Origin: Eledone cirrhosa
Lineage: Eukaryota
Assembly: GCA_964016885.1 (NCBI GenBank)
Contig: OZ024742.1
Span: forward strand, 365,304,001 to 365,368,000
Length of the DNA stretch: 64,000 nt
Reading direction: 5' to 3'
Shown here: in pieces, positions 1 through 14,000 of the stretch
Layout of the letters: each line of letters opens with the position of its first letter
How positions within the stretch are numbered: the first letter of the stretch is position 1
Notes under the pieces: generated by a model
Seen by the model: only the letters and a program-made list of their open reading frames with translations
Told to the model about the DNA's origin: nothing
Database searches by the model: none
Position numbers and translations under genes: made by a program

Positions 1-1412
1 CCCAGTGTAGGTTCCGCCCAAACCGCAGCATGATCCACATGGTCTTCTCTGTACGCCAGGTGCAGGAGAAGTGTGTCGAGCAGAATATGATCCCCTTTGC
101 CGCCTTCATAGACTTAACGAAGGCATTCGACACTGTCAACAGGGAGGCCCTCTGGTCGATCATGCCGAAGTTTGGGTGCCTGACAAAATTTGTGAACCTG
201 ATACGGAAATTCCATGTCAACATGACCGGGCAGGTGCGCTCGGGCGGAGAGGCATCGGAGCCGTTCGGAATCACCAACGGCGTCAAGCAAGGAATCGTGC
301 TAGCTCCCGTCCTCTTCAACCTGTTCTTCACCTGTGTGCTCAATCATGCCGCCAGGGACCTCGATCACGGAGTGTATCTGCGATACAGGCTGCGATACGG
401 CCAAGATAAGGACCCTGCAGAGGATCGTCCTGGAGGCACTTTTTGCTGACGACTGTGCCCTCATGGTCCACAGGGAGTCTGACCTCCAACTCATCGTCAA
501 CAAGTTCGCGGAGACCTCCTGCCTCTTCGGTCTCACAATTAGCCTTGGCAAGACTGAGGTCTTGTTCCAGCCTGCACCTGCCTCCGTCGCCCACCCTCCT
601 TCCATCTCCATCGGAGGCACCCAACTAAAGACGGTGGACGACTTCAAGTACCTCGGCAGTGTCATCAGCAACGATGGAAGCCTCGACGAGGAGATAAACG
701 CCAGAATCTGCAAGGCCAGTCAAGCCCTCGGTCGCCTGAGGACACGCGTCCTGAACCAGCACAACATCAGGCAGGCTACCAAGCTCAAGATGTACAGGGC
801 CGTTGTTCTCACCAGCCTCCTCTACAGATGTGCGACATGGACCCTGTACAGAAGGCACCTGAAGCAGCTGGAACGGTTCCACATGCACAGCCTGCGGTCA
901 ATCATGAACATCAAATGGCAGGACAAGGTCTCCGACATCGAAGTTCTTGACATGGCTGAGACAACCAGCGTCGAAGCTATGATACTGATGAGCCGACTCC
1001 GATGGGTGGGACAGGTCATCCGGATAGACGATCACAGGCTTCCGAAGCAACTGATGTATGGGGAACTCTGTTCGGGGAAACGAAAGAGGCGCAGGCCTCT
1101 CAAGAGGTTCAAAGACTGCGTGAAGTCCAGTATCAACAACACTGGAATCGCGCGAAGACTGAGTGGCGAACCCTTACCAGACGCGCCAAACACTCTTTTG
1201 AAGAGAAAAGACGGGTAGAGGTCACTGAGGCCCGTGAAAGGAGGAGAAAGGCATCAGTAGCTGCCCCAAGCGACTCCGGTCTCTTCTCCTTCCCCCACTG
1301 TCCCCGGACCTGCAAGTCAAGGATCGGACTCCACAGCCACCTTCGTGCCCATGGCAGACGGGAACTAAAATAAACATGATGTCATCATCGTTTACGATGG
1401 ACAACCAAGAGA
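1..1412 (+). mobile_element. RTE-clade LINE, 3' portion (RT domain to C-terminal C2H2-like finger), frameshifted
   Basis: FIDLTKAFD, GVKQGIVLAPVLF, ALFADD, FKYLGS, RLRWVGQVIR and CPRTCKSRIGLHSHLRAH are spread over three frames. Short 3' UTR, then a (TACA)n/(TA)n tail. Truncated by the window start. Confidence 0.93.
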
Positions 1413-1440
1413 TGTATATATATATATATATATACATACA

Positions 1441-1508
<68 letters not shown>

Positions 1509-1509
<1 letters not shown>

Positions 1510-3029
1510 TAGCAGAAGTGCCCGGCGTTGCTCGGGGCCGAATTGCTTGAAAGTACGATTATTCAGGCAAAGATTGATATAAGTTTACGCCGAATGAATC
1601 TATTTGTAAGTGTATAGAAAGCTCTGTAAAGGGGTTCCTACCCCCTCGTAGAATGGTGTAAGAATTGAATGTGAGGTTGCCTTGAAAAGGGCCATGTTAT
1701 TGTTCTCATAATTGTAAGAATTTGATAGTCATGGAAGGGGGTGTAAAACGTTCGCAGGTAAATAGGGCCTCTTCGTTTTCCACGAACGGCAGCGGATGTG
1801 CTGTTACAAAACTTCATGGTGTGTTAAAAGAGAATCGATGCCCTATGTAGGCAAGAGGGGAATTAAGTATGGGTAAGTAAATACGGATAATTTATAAAAT
1901 CTAGAACAATAGCATCTACTCTCCATATGTCAGACTGGCAAGACTGTAGTGGTGCTGAATAGATGAATCACAACACGTCTGTGGTGGAGATGTTGTTTTC
2001 ATTGATCGGCGTTATGAGTATATTTGTTGTTGTATAAAATGATCTGTTGCTTAGTTTTGAAAGTATATGTTGCGATCGTGTTGTCGCTGATGTAAACTTT
2101 AATATATAGAGTGTAGATGTAGGGATAGATGTCTCATGTACGTTGGATATAGAAGATGAGGCTGCTGGTTTGATGACGAATGGATGGAAATAGAGGTGAG
2201 CGGAGGACAGGTGTTGGTTAAGTGTGAAGTAATTTCAGGAAACGCCTAAAAATGTAAATGCCATCATAAAAGAGAGTCGTATGTAAGTGAAATACTAACG
2301 TGTTGTTCCAAAATGATGAAGCGTAGTAATCCTATAAAACCTCCTTGTACACAATGTTTTTCGTTTTTCGTTGTGGAACGAACGCGAAAGCATCACTGTT
2401 GCTGCCGACACGCGAGCAGCCAACGTAAAGCTGACCATGAGAGAAACATGGCTCCCCCAAATGTATTCCCGCCACAGACAATGTTTGAGTGAGTGTGTGT
2501 TTGTATGTGTTTTTATGTGTTTGTAAATAAATCATTAAGTTTGAAGCAACTAAAAGTTAGTGTGGTTATAAATCCCGCACGTTGTTTAATTGCATTAAAT
2601 GTTTTTTTATCATTTGAAGTGAGTGTGTGTTTGTATGCGTTTGGAAATAAATCAGTAAGTTTGAAGTATAAAAGAGAAAGTAGCAAAATGTGTGGGTTGT
2701 AGATAGAGGCAAGCAGATGATATGAGAGAGTAAAACGGACAGTATCTCCATCAAGCTTGGAAAGAGAAAGTAGCAGAAAGTATGAAGTTGTATAGATTTT
2801 GAATGGTAATGGAAAGAGTTGGCACTTGAAATGAGAGAGGTAAATAGTAAAATATTGAGTTTTATCGATATTTTGCGTAATTGTGGGTGAAATTGAAAAC
2901 ATTAGATGTGCCAAGACCCAATCGAAGCTATTTCGAATACTGAATTGTAAATTTCAATTGAAGAAATTCTATATCGTAGATTTCTATAACAAAGGAGCAT
3001 GACCATACACTGAGCTTTATAGATTATGA
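1509..3029 (-). mobile_element. Non-autonomous Helitron retaining the Pif1-helicase C-terminus
   Basis: The minus strand ends in a GC-rich hairpin (CCCGAGCAACGCCGGG) then CTAG|T at 1509. A TC start after A is available at 3023 or 3029. 2332-2490 encodes GIHLGEPCFSHGQLYVGCSRV (Pif1 helicase terminal motif). Confidence 0.85.
2332..2490 (-). pseudogene. Helitron RepHel Pif1-type helicase C-terminal fragment
   Basis: QTLSVAGIHLGEPCFSHGQLYVGCSRV...KTKNIVYKEVL*. Confidence 0.88.
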
Positions 3030-3084
3030 TATATATTATTCAAAATATTAATAAATGAAGACGTTCACATAATCAAAATATATG

Positions 3085-3146
3085 TTTTATTATATATATT
3101 TTGGAGGTACTGTGCTGTTTTTTCAGTACGTCCTCATCAGATAAAA
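3085..3146 (-). ncRNA. Degenerate type I hammerhead ribozyme (G12>A) in a PLE-type 3' end
   Basis: ttttat-CTGATGA-ggacgtactg..cagtacctcc-AAAA-tatata-TA-ataaaa. The tail 3035-3075 recurs at 38570-38610. Confidence 0.7.
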
Positions 3147-3394
3147 TACATGAATTGATGTATGACATACCTCAACTGTCTTGATGGTTCAATTCCAGTA
3201 TTGGCAGTGATTTATTACAACAAATCTCAATACTTATATACCACAAATAATAACATGATAAACTTAAATATGATGTTTGAGCGAGATATAAATATAAGGA
3301 GGAGCTGAGTATGAGAAAATGCAAGAAGAAATAAATAAACACATACGTACATAAATATTTAAATATTTAAAAGCGTAAATACCCGTAAATACCC

Positions 3395-3692
3395 GTGCAA
3401 TTTATGTTTACAAGCCGAAATTGCCTCAGATTTTTTGTTTAAGATGTGGTCTGTAGCGTAGAGTATTTCCAGGGCCTCAGCGGCGCAGAGGTCACATGGT
3501 CTTTTATTTCCGTTATACGATCTAGCCCTAGCTAGGATCTCCCAGTGTAACTTTTATTGGGTGTGGTTGTCTTTTAGACTCCAGATATAAGCTGAAAGTG
3601 ACGTCATATTCCTTCTTAGAGGGTAACGAAAAGAATGGGTATGCATGTAAAGACGCTGCTTGAAACTATTGGCGGTTAACCCTATGTAGGCC

Positions 3693-3695
<3 letters not shown>
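3395..3695 (-). pseudogene. Penelope-like GIY-YIG endonuclease fragment (left arm copy)
   Basis: [71 protein letters not shown], with one internal stop. Confidence 0.88.
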
Positions 3696-3784
<89 letters not shown>

Positions 3785-3788
3785 TATA

Positions 3789-3862
<74 letters not shown>

Positions 3863-3906
3863 TATACTTATATATACATATATATACTTATATATACATA
3901 TATATA

Positions 3907-3994
<88 letters not shown>

Positions 3995-4600
3995 TATACA
4001 TACATATACATATATATATATATATTACGTTAGCCCAGAAGACAAGCTTGTACAATCTGTGTCGGTTCAAATTCATCAGCAAAGGTTGAACTTGCTCAAC
4101 TGGCTAATGAAACGCATGTAACTGGTATGACACTGTTGGAGTAACTGGCCTTTATATATATATATATATATATATATATCGACTATCGATCAATAAGATT
4201 CGAGACGTCATTCGCTTAACGAGTGGGGTGGAGCTCGTCAAATCAGACCGATGAAACAATGTTTCCATTGGTCTTTCCAATTGCTAATACTATCTGCCGG
4301 TCACAGATCCAGGCAGATTATCAAGTAATTGTAAATTAAACAACAACAATAACAACAACAACAATAAAAATACAATAGGCGAGACTCATTAGAATCGATA
4401 AACAAGGAAAACAATATGGAGAGAACATCAGAAGAAATAAACATATAAACATACTTACATAATACAAATATATATATATTTATATAAGTTGAAATAAAAT
4501 GAAAACGAAATTTCATTTCTCACTCTTAGTACGGCACTTCCTTAAATGTAAGTATGTGTGTATACGTACATACATATATGTATACAGACGTACAGTAGCA

Positions 4601-4662
<62 letters not shown>

Positions 4663-4813
4663 CAGGTACACATACATATATGCACGTATCAGTTTAGCGG
4701 ACGCTTATTATAACGCCGCTTTGTTCGTTTGCAAACAAACTGAAGAGCCTGAATTTTATGCCGTACGGTGTTAAGGCAACCACGTCACCTTTTTGTTCAA
4801 CACTGACACAGGA

Positions 4814-4856
4814 ACGATGTACTAGTTTCAAGCTTGTTAGCTATCATCAGCACCGT
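4814..4856 (-). ncRNA. Type I hammerhead ribozyme (array unit; identical copies 5288-5330, 5768-5810)
   Basis: Reverse complement of the motif at 6317-6359. Confidence 0.85.
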
Positions 4857-5092
4857 ATACCCTTCTGCCAGATAGTTGAACGTTCGAAAGTATATACTTT
4901 CCTTATGAAAATTAACGGCTAAGCAGCCTAATTTGCATATCGAGTGAGTTAAGTCGGTCAGGCATACCGAAAACGATAAGTTGAAATAAAATGAAAACGA
5001 AATTTCATTTCTCACTCTTAGTACGGCACTTCCTTAAATGTAAGTATGTGTGTATACGTACATACATATATGTATACAGACGTACAGTAGCA

Positions 5093-5136
<44 letters not shown>

Positions 5137-5566
5137 CAGGTACACATACATATATGCACGTATCAGTTTAGCGGACGCTTATTATAACGCCGCTTTGTTC
5201 GTTTGCAAACAAACTGAAGAGCCTGAATTTTATGCCGTACGGTGTTAAGGCATCCACGTCACCTTTTTGTTCAACACTGACACAGGAACGATGTACTAGT
5301 TTCAAGCTTGTTAGCTATCATCAGCACCGTATACCCTTCTGCAAGATAGTTGAACGTTCGAAAGTATATACTTTCCTTATGAAAATTAACGGCTAAGCAG
5401 CCTAATTTGCATATCGAGTGAGTTAAGTCGGTCAGGCATACCGAAAACGATAAGTTGAAATAAAATGAAAACGAAATTTCATTTCTCACTCTTAGTACGG
5501 CACTTCCTTAAATGTAAGTATGTGTGTATACGTACATACATATATGTATACAGACGTACAGTAGCA

Positions 5567-5616
<50 letters not shown>

Positions 5617-6046
5617 CAGGTACACATACATATATGCACGTATCAGTTTAGCGGACGCTTATTATAACGCCGCTTTGTTCGTTTGCAAACAAACTGAAGA
5701 GCCTGAATTTTATGCCGTACGGTGTTAAGGCAACCACGTCACCTTTTTGTTCAACACTGACACAGGAACGATGTACTAGTTTCAAGCTTGTTAGCTATCA
5801 TCAGCACCGTATACCCTTCTGCCAGATAGTTGAACGTTCGAAAGTATATACTTTCCTTATGAAAATTAACGGCTAAGCAGCCTAATTTGCATATCGAGTG
5901 AGTTAAGTCGGTCAGGCATACCGAAAACGATAAGTTGAAATAAAATGAAAACGAAATTTCATTTCTCACTCTTAGTACGGCACTTCCTTAAATGTAAGTA
6001 TGTGTGTATACGTACATACATATATGTATACAGACGTACAGTAGCA

Positions 6047-6088
<42 letters not shown>

Positions 6089-6316
6089 CAGGTACACATA
6101 CATATATGCACGTATCAGTTTAGCGGACGCTTATTATAACGCCGCTTTGTTCGTTTGCAAACAAACTGAAGAGCCTGAATTTTATGCCGTACGGTATGCC
6201 GTTCGGTATGCCTGACCGACTTAACTCACTCGATATGCAAATTAGGCTGCTTAGCCGTTAATTTTCATAAGGAAAGTATATACTTTCGAACGTTCAACTA
6301 TCTGGCAGAAGGGTAT

Positions 6317-6359
6317 ACGGTGCTGATGATAGCTAACAAGCTTGAAACTAGTACATCGT
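6317..6359 (+). ncRNA. Type I hammerhead ribozyme (array unit; identical copies start at 6791, 7275, 7761, 8241, 8729, 9215)
   Basis: acggtg-CTGATGA-t agct aaca agct t-GAAA-c ta g-TA|-catcgt. Stem I is 6 bp, stem II is 4 bp, stem III is the palindrome ACTAGT, and the cleavage triplet is GUA. Confidence 0.87.
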
Positions 6360-6510
6360 TCCTGTGTCAGTGTTGAACAAAAAGGTGACGTGGTTGCCTT
6401 AACACCGTACGGCATAAAATTCAGGCTCTTCAGTTTGTTTGCAAACGAACAAAGCGGCGTTATAATAAGCGTCCGCTAAACTGATACGTGCATATATGTA
6501 TGTGTACCTG

Positions 6511-6554
<44 letters not shown>

Positions 6555-6984
6555 TGCTACTGTACGTCTGTATACATATATGTATGTACGTATACACACA
6601 TACTTACATTTAAGGAAGTGCCGTACTAAGAGTGAGAAATGAAATTTCGTTTTCATTTTATTTCAACTTATCGTTTTCGGTATGCCTGACCGACTTAACT
6701 CACTCGATATGCAAATTAGGCTGCTTAGCCGTTAATTTTCATAAGGAAAGTATATACTTTCGAACGTTCAACTATCTGGCAGAAGGGTATACGGTGCTGA
6801 TGATAGCTAACAAGCTTGAAACTAGTACATCGTTCCTGTGTCAGTGTTGAACAAAAAGGTGACGTGGTTGCCTTAACACCGTACGGCATAAAATTCAGGC
6901 TCTTCAGTTTGTTTGCAAACGAACAAAGCGGCGTTATAATAAGCGTCCGCTAAACTGATACGTGCATATATGTATGTGTACCTG

Positions 6985-7038
<54 letters not shown>

Positions 7039-7468
7039 TGCTACTGTACGTCTGTATACATATATGTATGTACGTATACACACATACTTACATTTAAGGA
7101 AGTGCCGTACTAAGAGTGAGAAATGAAATTTCGTTTTCATTTTATTTCAACTTATCGTTTTCGGTATGCCTGACCGACTTAACTCACTCGATATGCAAAT
7201 TAGGCTGCTTAGCCGTTAATTTTCATAAGGAAAGTATATACTTTCGAACGTTCAACTATCTGGCAGAAGGGTATACGGTGCTGATGATAGCTAACAAGCT
7301 TGAAACTAGTACATCGTTCCTGTGTCAGTGTTGAACAAAAAGGTGACGTGGTTGCCTTAACACCGTACGGCATAAAATTCAGGCTCTTCAGTTTGTTTGC
7401 AAACGAACAAAGCGGCGTTATAATAAGCGTCCGCTAAACTGATACGTGCATATATGTATGTGTACCTG

Positions 7469-7524
<56 letters not shown>

Positions 7525-7954
7525 TGCTACTGTACGTCTGTATACATATATGTATGTACGTATACACACATACTTACATTTAAGGAAGTGCCGTACTAAG
7601 AGTGAGAAATGAAATTTCGTTTTCATTTTATTTCAACTTATCGTTTTCGGTATGCCTGACCGACTTAACTCACTCGATATGCAAATTAGGCTGCTTAGCC
7701 GTTAATTTTCATAAGGAAAGTATATACTTTCGAACGTTCAACTATCTGGCAGAAGGGTATACGGTGCTGATGATAGCTAACAAGCTTGAAACTAGTACAT
7801 CGTTCCTGTGTCAGTGTTGAACAAAAAGGTGACGTGGTTGCCTTAACACCGTACGGCATAAAATTCAGGCTCTTCAGTTTGTTTGCAAACGAACAAAGCG
7901 GCGTTATAATAAGCGTCCGCTAAACTGATACGTGCATATATGTATGTGTACCTG

Positions 7955-8004
<50 letters not shown>

Positions 8005-8434
8005 TGCTACTGTACGTCTGTATACATATATGTATGTACGTATACACACATACTTACATTTAAGGAAGTGCCGTACTAAGAGTGAGAAATGAAATTTCGT
8101 TTTCATTTTATTTCAACTTATCGTTTTCGGTATGCCTGACCGACTTAACTCACTCGATATGCAAATTAGGCTGCTTAGCCGTTAATTTTCATAAGGAAAG
8201 TATATACTTTCGAACGTTCAACTATCTGGCAGAAGGGTATACGGTGCTGATGATAGCTAACAAGCTTGAAACTAGTACATCGTTCCTGTGTCAGTGTTGA
8301 ACAAAAAGGTGACGTGGTTGCCTTAACACCGTACGGCATAAAATTCAGGCTCTTCAGTTTGTTTGCAAACGAACAAAGCGGCGTTATAATAAGCGTCCGC
8401 TAAACTGATACGTGCATATATGTATGTGTACCTG

Positions 8435-8492
<58 letters not shown>

Positions 8493-8922
8493 TGCTACTG
8501 TACGTCTGTATACATATATGTATGTACGTATACACACATACTTACATTTAAGGAAGTGCCGTACTAAGAGTGAGAAATGAAATTTCGTTTTCATTTTATT
8601 TCAACTTATCGTTTTCGGTATGCCTGACCGACTTAACTCACTCGATATGCAAATTAGGCTGCTTAGCCGTTAATTTTCATAAGGAAAGTATATACTTTCG
8701 AACGTTCAACTATCTGGCAGAAGGGTATACGGTGCTGATGATAGCTAACAAGCTTGAAACTAGTACATCGTTCCTGTGTCAGTGTTGAACAAAAAGGTGA
8801 CGTGGTTGCCTTAACACCGTACGGCATAAAATTCAGGCTCTTCAGTTTGTTTGCAAACGAACAAAGCGGCGTTATAATAAGCGTCCGCTAAACTGATACG
8901 TGCATATATGTATGTGTACCTG

Positions 8923-8978
<56 letters not shown>

Positions 8979-9408
8979 TGCTACTGTACGTCTGTATACA
9001 TATATGTATGTACGTATACACACATACTTACATTTAAGGAAGTGCCGTACTAAGAGTGAGAAATGAAATTTCGTTTTCATTTTATTTCAACTTATCGTTT
9101 TCGGTATGCCTGACCGACTTAACTCACTCGATATGCAAATTAGGCTGCTTAGCCGTTAATTTTCATAAGGAAAGTATATACTTTCGAACGTTCAACTATC
9201 TGGCAGAAGGGTATACGGTGCTGATGATAGCTAACAAGCTTGAAACTAGTACATCGTTCCTGTGTCAGTGTTGAACAAAAAGGTGACGTGGTTGCCTTAA
9301 CACCGTACGGCATAAAATTCAGGCTCTTCAGTTTGTTTGCAAACGAACAAAGCGGCGTTATAATAAGCGTCCGCTAAACTGATACGTGCATATATGTATG
9401 TGTACCTG

Positions 9409-9512
<104 letters not shown>

Positions 9513-10118
9513 TGCTACTGTACGTCTGTATACATATATGTATGTACGTATACACACATACTTACATTTAAGGAAGTGCCGTACTAAGAGTGAGAAATGA
9601 AATTTCGTTTTCATTTTATTTCAACTTATATAAATATATATATATTTGTATTATGTAAGTATGTTTATATGTTTATTTCTTCTGATGTTCTCTCCATATT
9701 GTTTTCCTTGTTTATCGATTCTAATGAGTCTCGCCTATTGTATTTTTATTGTTGTTGTTGTTATTGTTGTTGTTTAATTTACAATTACTTGATAATCTGC
9801 CTGGATCTGTGACCGGCAGATAGTATTAGCAATTGGAAAGACCAATGGAAACATTGTTTCATCGGTCTGATTTGACGAGCTCCACCCCACTCGTTAAGCG
9901 AATGACGTCTCGAATCTTATTGATCGATAGTCGATATATATATATATATATATATATATAAAGGCCAGTTACTCCAACAGTGTCATACCAGTTACATGCG
10001 TTTCATTAGCCAGTTGAGCAAGTTCAACCTTTGCTGATGAATTTGAACCGACACAGATTGTACAAGCTTGTCTTCTGGGCTAACGTAATATATATATATA
10101 TATGTATATGTATGTATA

Positions 10119-10220
<102 letters not shown>

Positions 10221-10264
10221 TATATATATGTATATATAAGTATATATATGTATATATAAGTATA

Positions 10265-10372
<108 letters not shown>

Positions 10373-10376
10373 TATA

Positions 10377-10460
<84 letters not shown>

Positions 10461-10464
10461 TATA

Positions 10465-10549
<85 letters not shown>

Positions 10550-10554
<5 letters not shown>

Positions 10555-11852
10555 GGCCTACATAGGGTTAACCGCCAATAGTTTCAAGCAGCGTCTTTAC
10601 ATGCATACCCATTCTTTTCGTTACCCTCTAAGAAGGAATATGACGTCACTTTCAGCTTATATCTGGAGTCTAAAAGACAACCACACCCAATAAAAGTTAC
10701 ACTGGGAGATCCTAGCTAGGGCTAGATCGTATAACGGAAATAAAAGACCATGTGACCTCTGCGCCGCTGAGGCCCTGGAAATACTCTACGCTACAGACCA
10801 CATCTTAAACAAAAAATCTGAGGCAATTTCGGCTTGTAAACATAAATTGCACAAAACTTTCCTGTATTACAGCCCCTCGTTATACCCTAACGGATAGCAC
10901 GATCTATACGTGGATATTTTACGTCTTGATGTGGGAGCTAAGTATATGTTTTGTTTATTCCTTTACTTATTTGCATAGGTAAGTATATATTACCGTATGT
11001 TTTGTGAAGGTATGTATACCTTCTCGTACGTATATTTGACTGTTATAGCGTATAATTTTTGCATATTTTGGTATTTAGGGTTTGGCTATTTGTATACGGG
11101 AGTTTTGCGTCCACGTGAGTGTGCAGGTTCGTACATATGGTGGGTGTGTGTATATGTGTACTTCTTGTTTTAGTTGACTTACGTCTCCGAACATTCGTGT
11201 ATTTATATGTAGGTATGCGTGTGCGCTTGTTATATACGTATTTATTTATTTGTACACAAGCATACACACATAATATTTATATGTGCGTGGTTTTGTATAC
11301 CCATGGTAAGGTTTTGCGTATGCTTGTGTATGTACGTATCTGTTTGCGTGTATGTATTTATTTGTTTCTATTACTCTGTATTGTATTTATTTACTTTGTT
11401 CTTAACTCTGTAGCGGAGATTCATTTGGTCTCCTAGTTAGAATTTTAGTCTACGATTTCTGCTATACCATTTACGTGGTTTTGTCTTTGCGTGCTATTGT
11501 TCTCCACGCTCCACATATGACTTATTATCTTCGTTTTTTCGTTCATTGCCAGAGAACGTCTCTATGCGCCACCTAAGAGAACATTAGTCTACGACCTCTT
11601 TTATACCATAAACGTGGTTTTGTCTTTGCGCGTAATTGTTTTTCACCGCTCCTATTAATGACGTATTATTCGTTTTTTCCCGTTCTTTGCCAGCGAACGT
11701 TACCACGAACCAAAGTATCGTCTTCCTGTCTTCCTCCGGTTGCAACGTTTTTTGAAATATCCAGTTCTGCGTTTACAGATTGACTTTGTTAGCTTCAGAA
11801 GATCCCGTTAAGGGTGAAAGCAGCGATTCTTTGCTTAAACTTTAATCTGTTA

Positions 11853-11862
<10 letters not shown>
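10550..11862 (+). mobile_element. Penelope-like element 3' end: GIY-YIG C-terminus, 3' UTR with internal ~140-bp duplication, terminal HHR
   Basis: The GIY-YIG reading continues ..CKHKLHKTFLYYSPSLYPNG*. The UTR is homologous to 17010-17965 (inverted) and 60293-60485. Confidence 0.82.
11791..11841 (+). ncRNA. Hammerhead variant with CAGAAGA core (copies 17028-17078 -, 60412-60462 +)
   Basis: ag(c/t)tt-CAGAAGA-t ccc gttaa ggg t-GAAA-gcag..ttgc-TT|-aaact. All three stems form. Confidence 0.62.
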
Positions 11863-11894
<32 letters not shown>

Positions 11895-11898
<4 letters not shown>

Positions 11899-12821
11899 TA
11901 AAATATTTCTTTAGAGCACTGAATAAATGTTTCCCTAGGGCCCACAAGTACCATAAAATATTCAACAGGGACACGGTGAAACTTTCCAACTCAACCACAC
12001 GCTCCGTAGACCAGCACATAGCTGGCATAAATATGAATAGGCTCACTGCCTCTAATACCACCGTAAACCCCGGTGCTACCCAACAGAACCAGCACGCGGG
12101 ACGCACCGGAACCTGGACAGGCCCAACTAGCACACCGGAACCCAACGACCCTGTGCTGATTGCGGAGGCTACCCAGCAAACCCCGAGTGATGGTAACCAC
12201 GCGGTACATGTGGTGGGCTTAAGAAGTCATGTAATTGCAGAGACCCATCACTATGCCTCCTTAGTAATGAATGCATGACGAAAAACGTAGTCTACAGCTG
12301 CAAGGTCACAACCCCTAACTCGGAGCACCACTACATAGGATCCACAGCGACAAGCTTCAAAGCTCGGTGGTATAATCATCGCCATTCCTTTAATAGAATA
12401 GATAAGAGGAAATGTACGGCCCTTTCTGAATTGATCTGGAAGCTCAAACTTGAAAAAACCCCGCACTCTCTGGTCTGGTCCGTGGTTAGAAAGGTTCCCC
12501 CAGACAGAGGCGGGTCGGGTATTTGCAACCTCTGTCATAGTGAGACACTCGAGAATCTTCATGGCGGAACCAAGCTATTAAACAGAAGGGCCGACTTATT
12601 CGGTGTCTGCAGACACCTAAGGACGGGAACTTTCCTCAAGCTATATGGATAAACCCCGGTTACGGCCTCACATAGCCCCCCCCCCCCTGTAAGTCCCCTA
12701 CACCCCGTACCAATGACCAATGGACAACAACAACCACCCATAGTTTGTGGTCTCTATGGTGGATGGTCCACCGGATCCTCTACTGGTTGGGAGTCATCTA
12801 AACAATGTTTTATTGAACCTG

Positions 12822-12919
<98 letters not shown>

Positions 12920-13027
12920 ATATGTGTAGTTTATATATATGTATATGTATGTGTATTTTATATATATATATGTATGTATGTTTTATGTGTGTATATATTT
13001 TATATATGTATATATTTTATGTATATA

Positions 13028-13060
<33 letters not shown>

Positions 13061-13800
13061 CTTGTGCGTACATACATACATATATATATACACACCTGTA
13101 TGGATTTGTGTGTGTAGATGTGTGTGTGTCTGAGGAGGTAGGTGTGAGTGTGTGTACAAGTTAACCAGCATAAACCTTTTATTTCTAAATTTTCTAAACT
13201 ATCTAAGTATTGGACTCTAACCATTATATTATGTATTACCACCCCACTTTTTGTATGTGTGGATGTGTGTGTGTGTGTCTGTGGAGGTGGGTGTGAGTGT
13301 AGTGCAAGCCAACCTACATAAGTCTTTTTATTTATAAATGTTCTACTCTAACCATAATTTTCACTAGCACCACTCCACATAAATTCCTCAACTTAAGAAT
13401 GTCCTGTAGTATCTATTTCATAATATAAACCTCAATTGAATATATATCTGACCAGGAATGCTTTTTGTGAAAATCAGTCATATGGAACTATTGTCATCTT
13501 GCCTGACGGTTTGAACTTTACAACACCACCTGCCTCACTGAGGTCAAATACCAACCTACTAGCATCTACAAACTGACCAATGAGAATTAAGACTATTCCT
13601 GCTGACAACATTAAATTATTCCTCACAAGCTCATATGTCCCAAGGCTCTGATACCATCAACACTATAAACACACAGCTGGCATATCTAAGAACTGACTAA
13701 CTGCCTGATGAGGTCATAGCCATTCAATGGCTATCATCGAAATATATATAGCAGTAAATAAAGGATTATGAGTTCATGCAATTGACTTATGTTTCGTCAC
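11895..13800 (+). mobile_element. Penelope-like element fragment: linker + GIY-YIG (11895-12652), 3' region and terminal HHR
   Basis: KIFNRDTVKLS, NVVYSCKVT..HYIGSTATSFKARWYNHRHSF, CNLCHSETLE, LLNRRADLFGVCRH. HHR and AATAAA at 13700-13762. Confidence 0.85.
13700..13755 (+). ncRNA. Type I hammerhead ribozyme, intact core
   Basis: actgc-CTGATGA-ggtcatagccatt c aatggctatcatc-GAAA-tatata-TA|-gcagt, followed by AATAAA. Confidence 0.88.
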
Positions 13801-14000
13801 TATATATATATATATATATATAGGAAGAGGGAGAGAGAGAGAGAGATTAGTGGATTCCCGATGGGTGCCGGGAATAGACCAGGGTGAAAATGGTATTCAA
13901 TACGTTGGTAGAATATAGTAATCTTTATTGTATATTTATAGAATTTACGACGGTGCTATTTTAACTGAGAGCTCAGAGAGATAATTGGAAAGACTACAGG

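Noticed and set aside
4025-4150. CAGAAGA...GAAACGCATGTA, and CTGATGA on the opposite strand
   Set aside because: The core halves do not assemble with a stem I on either strand.
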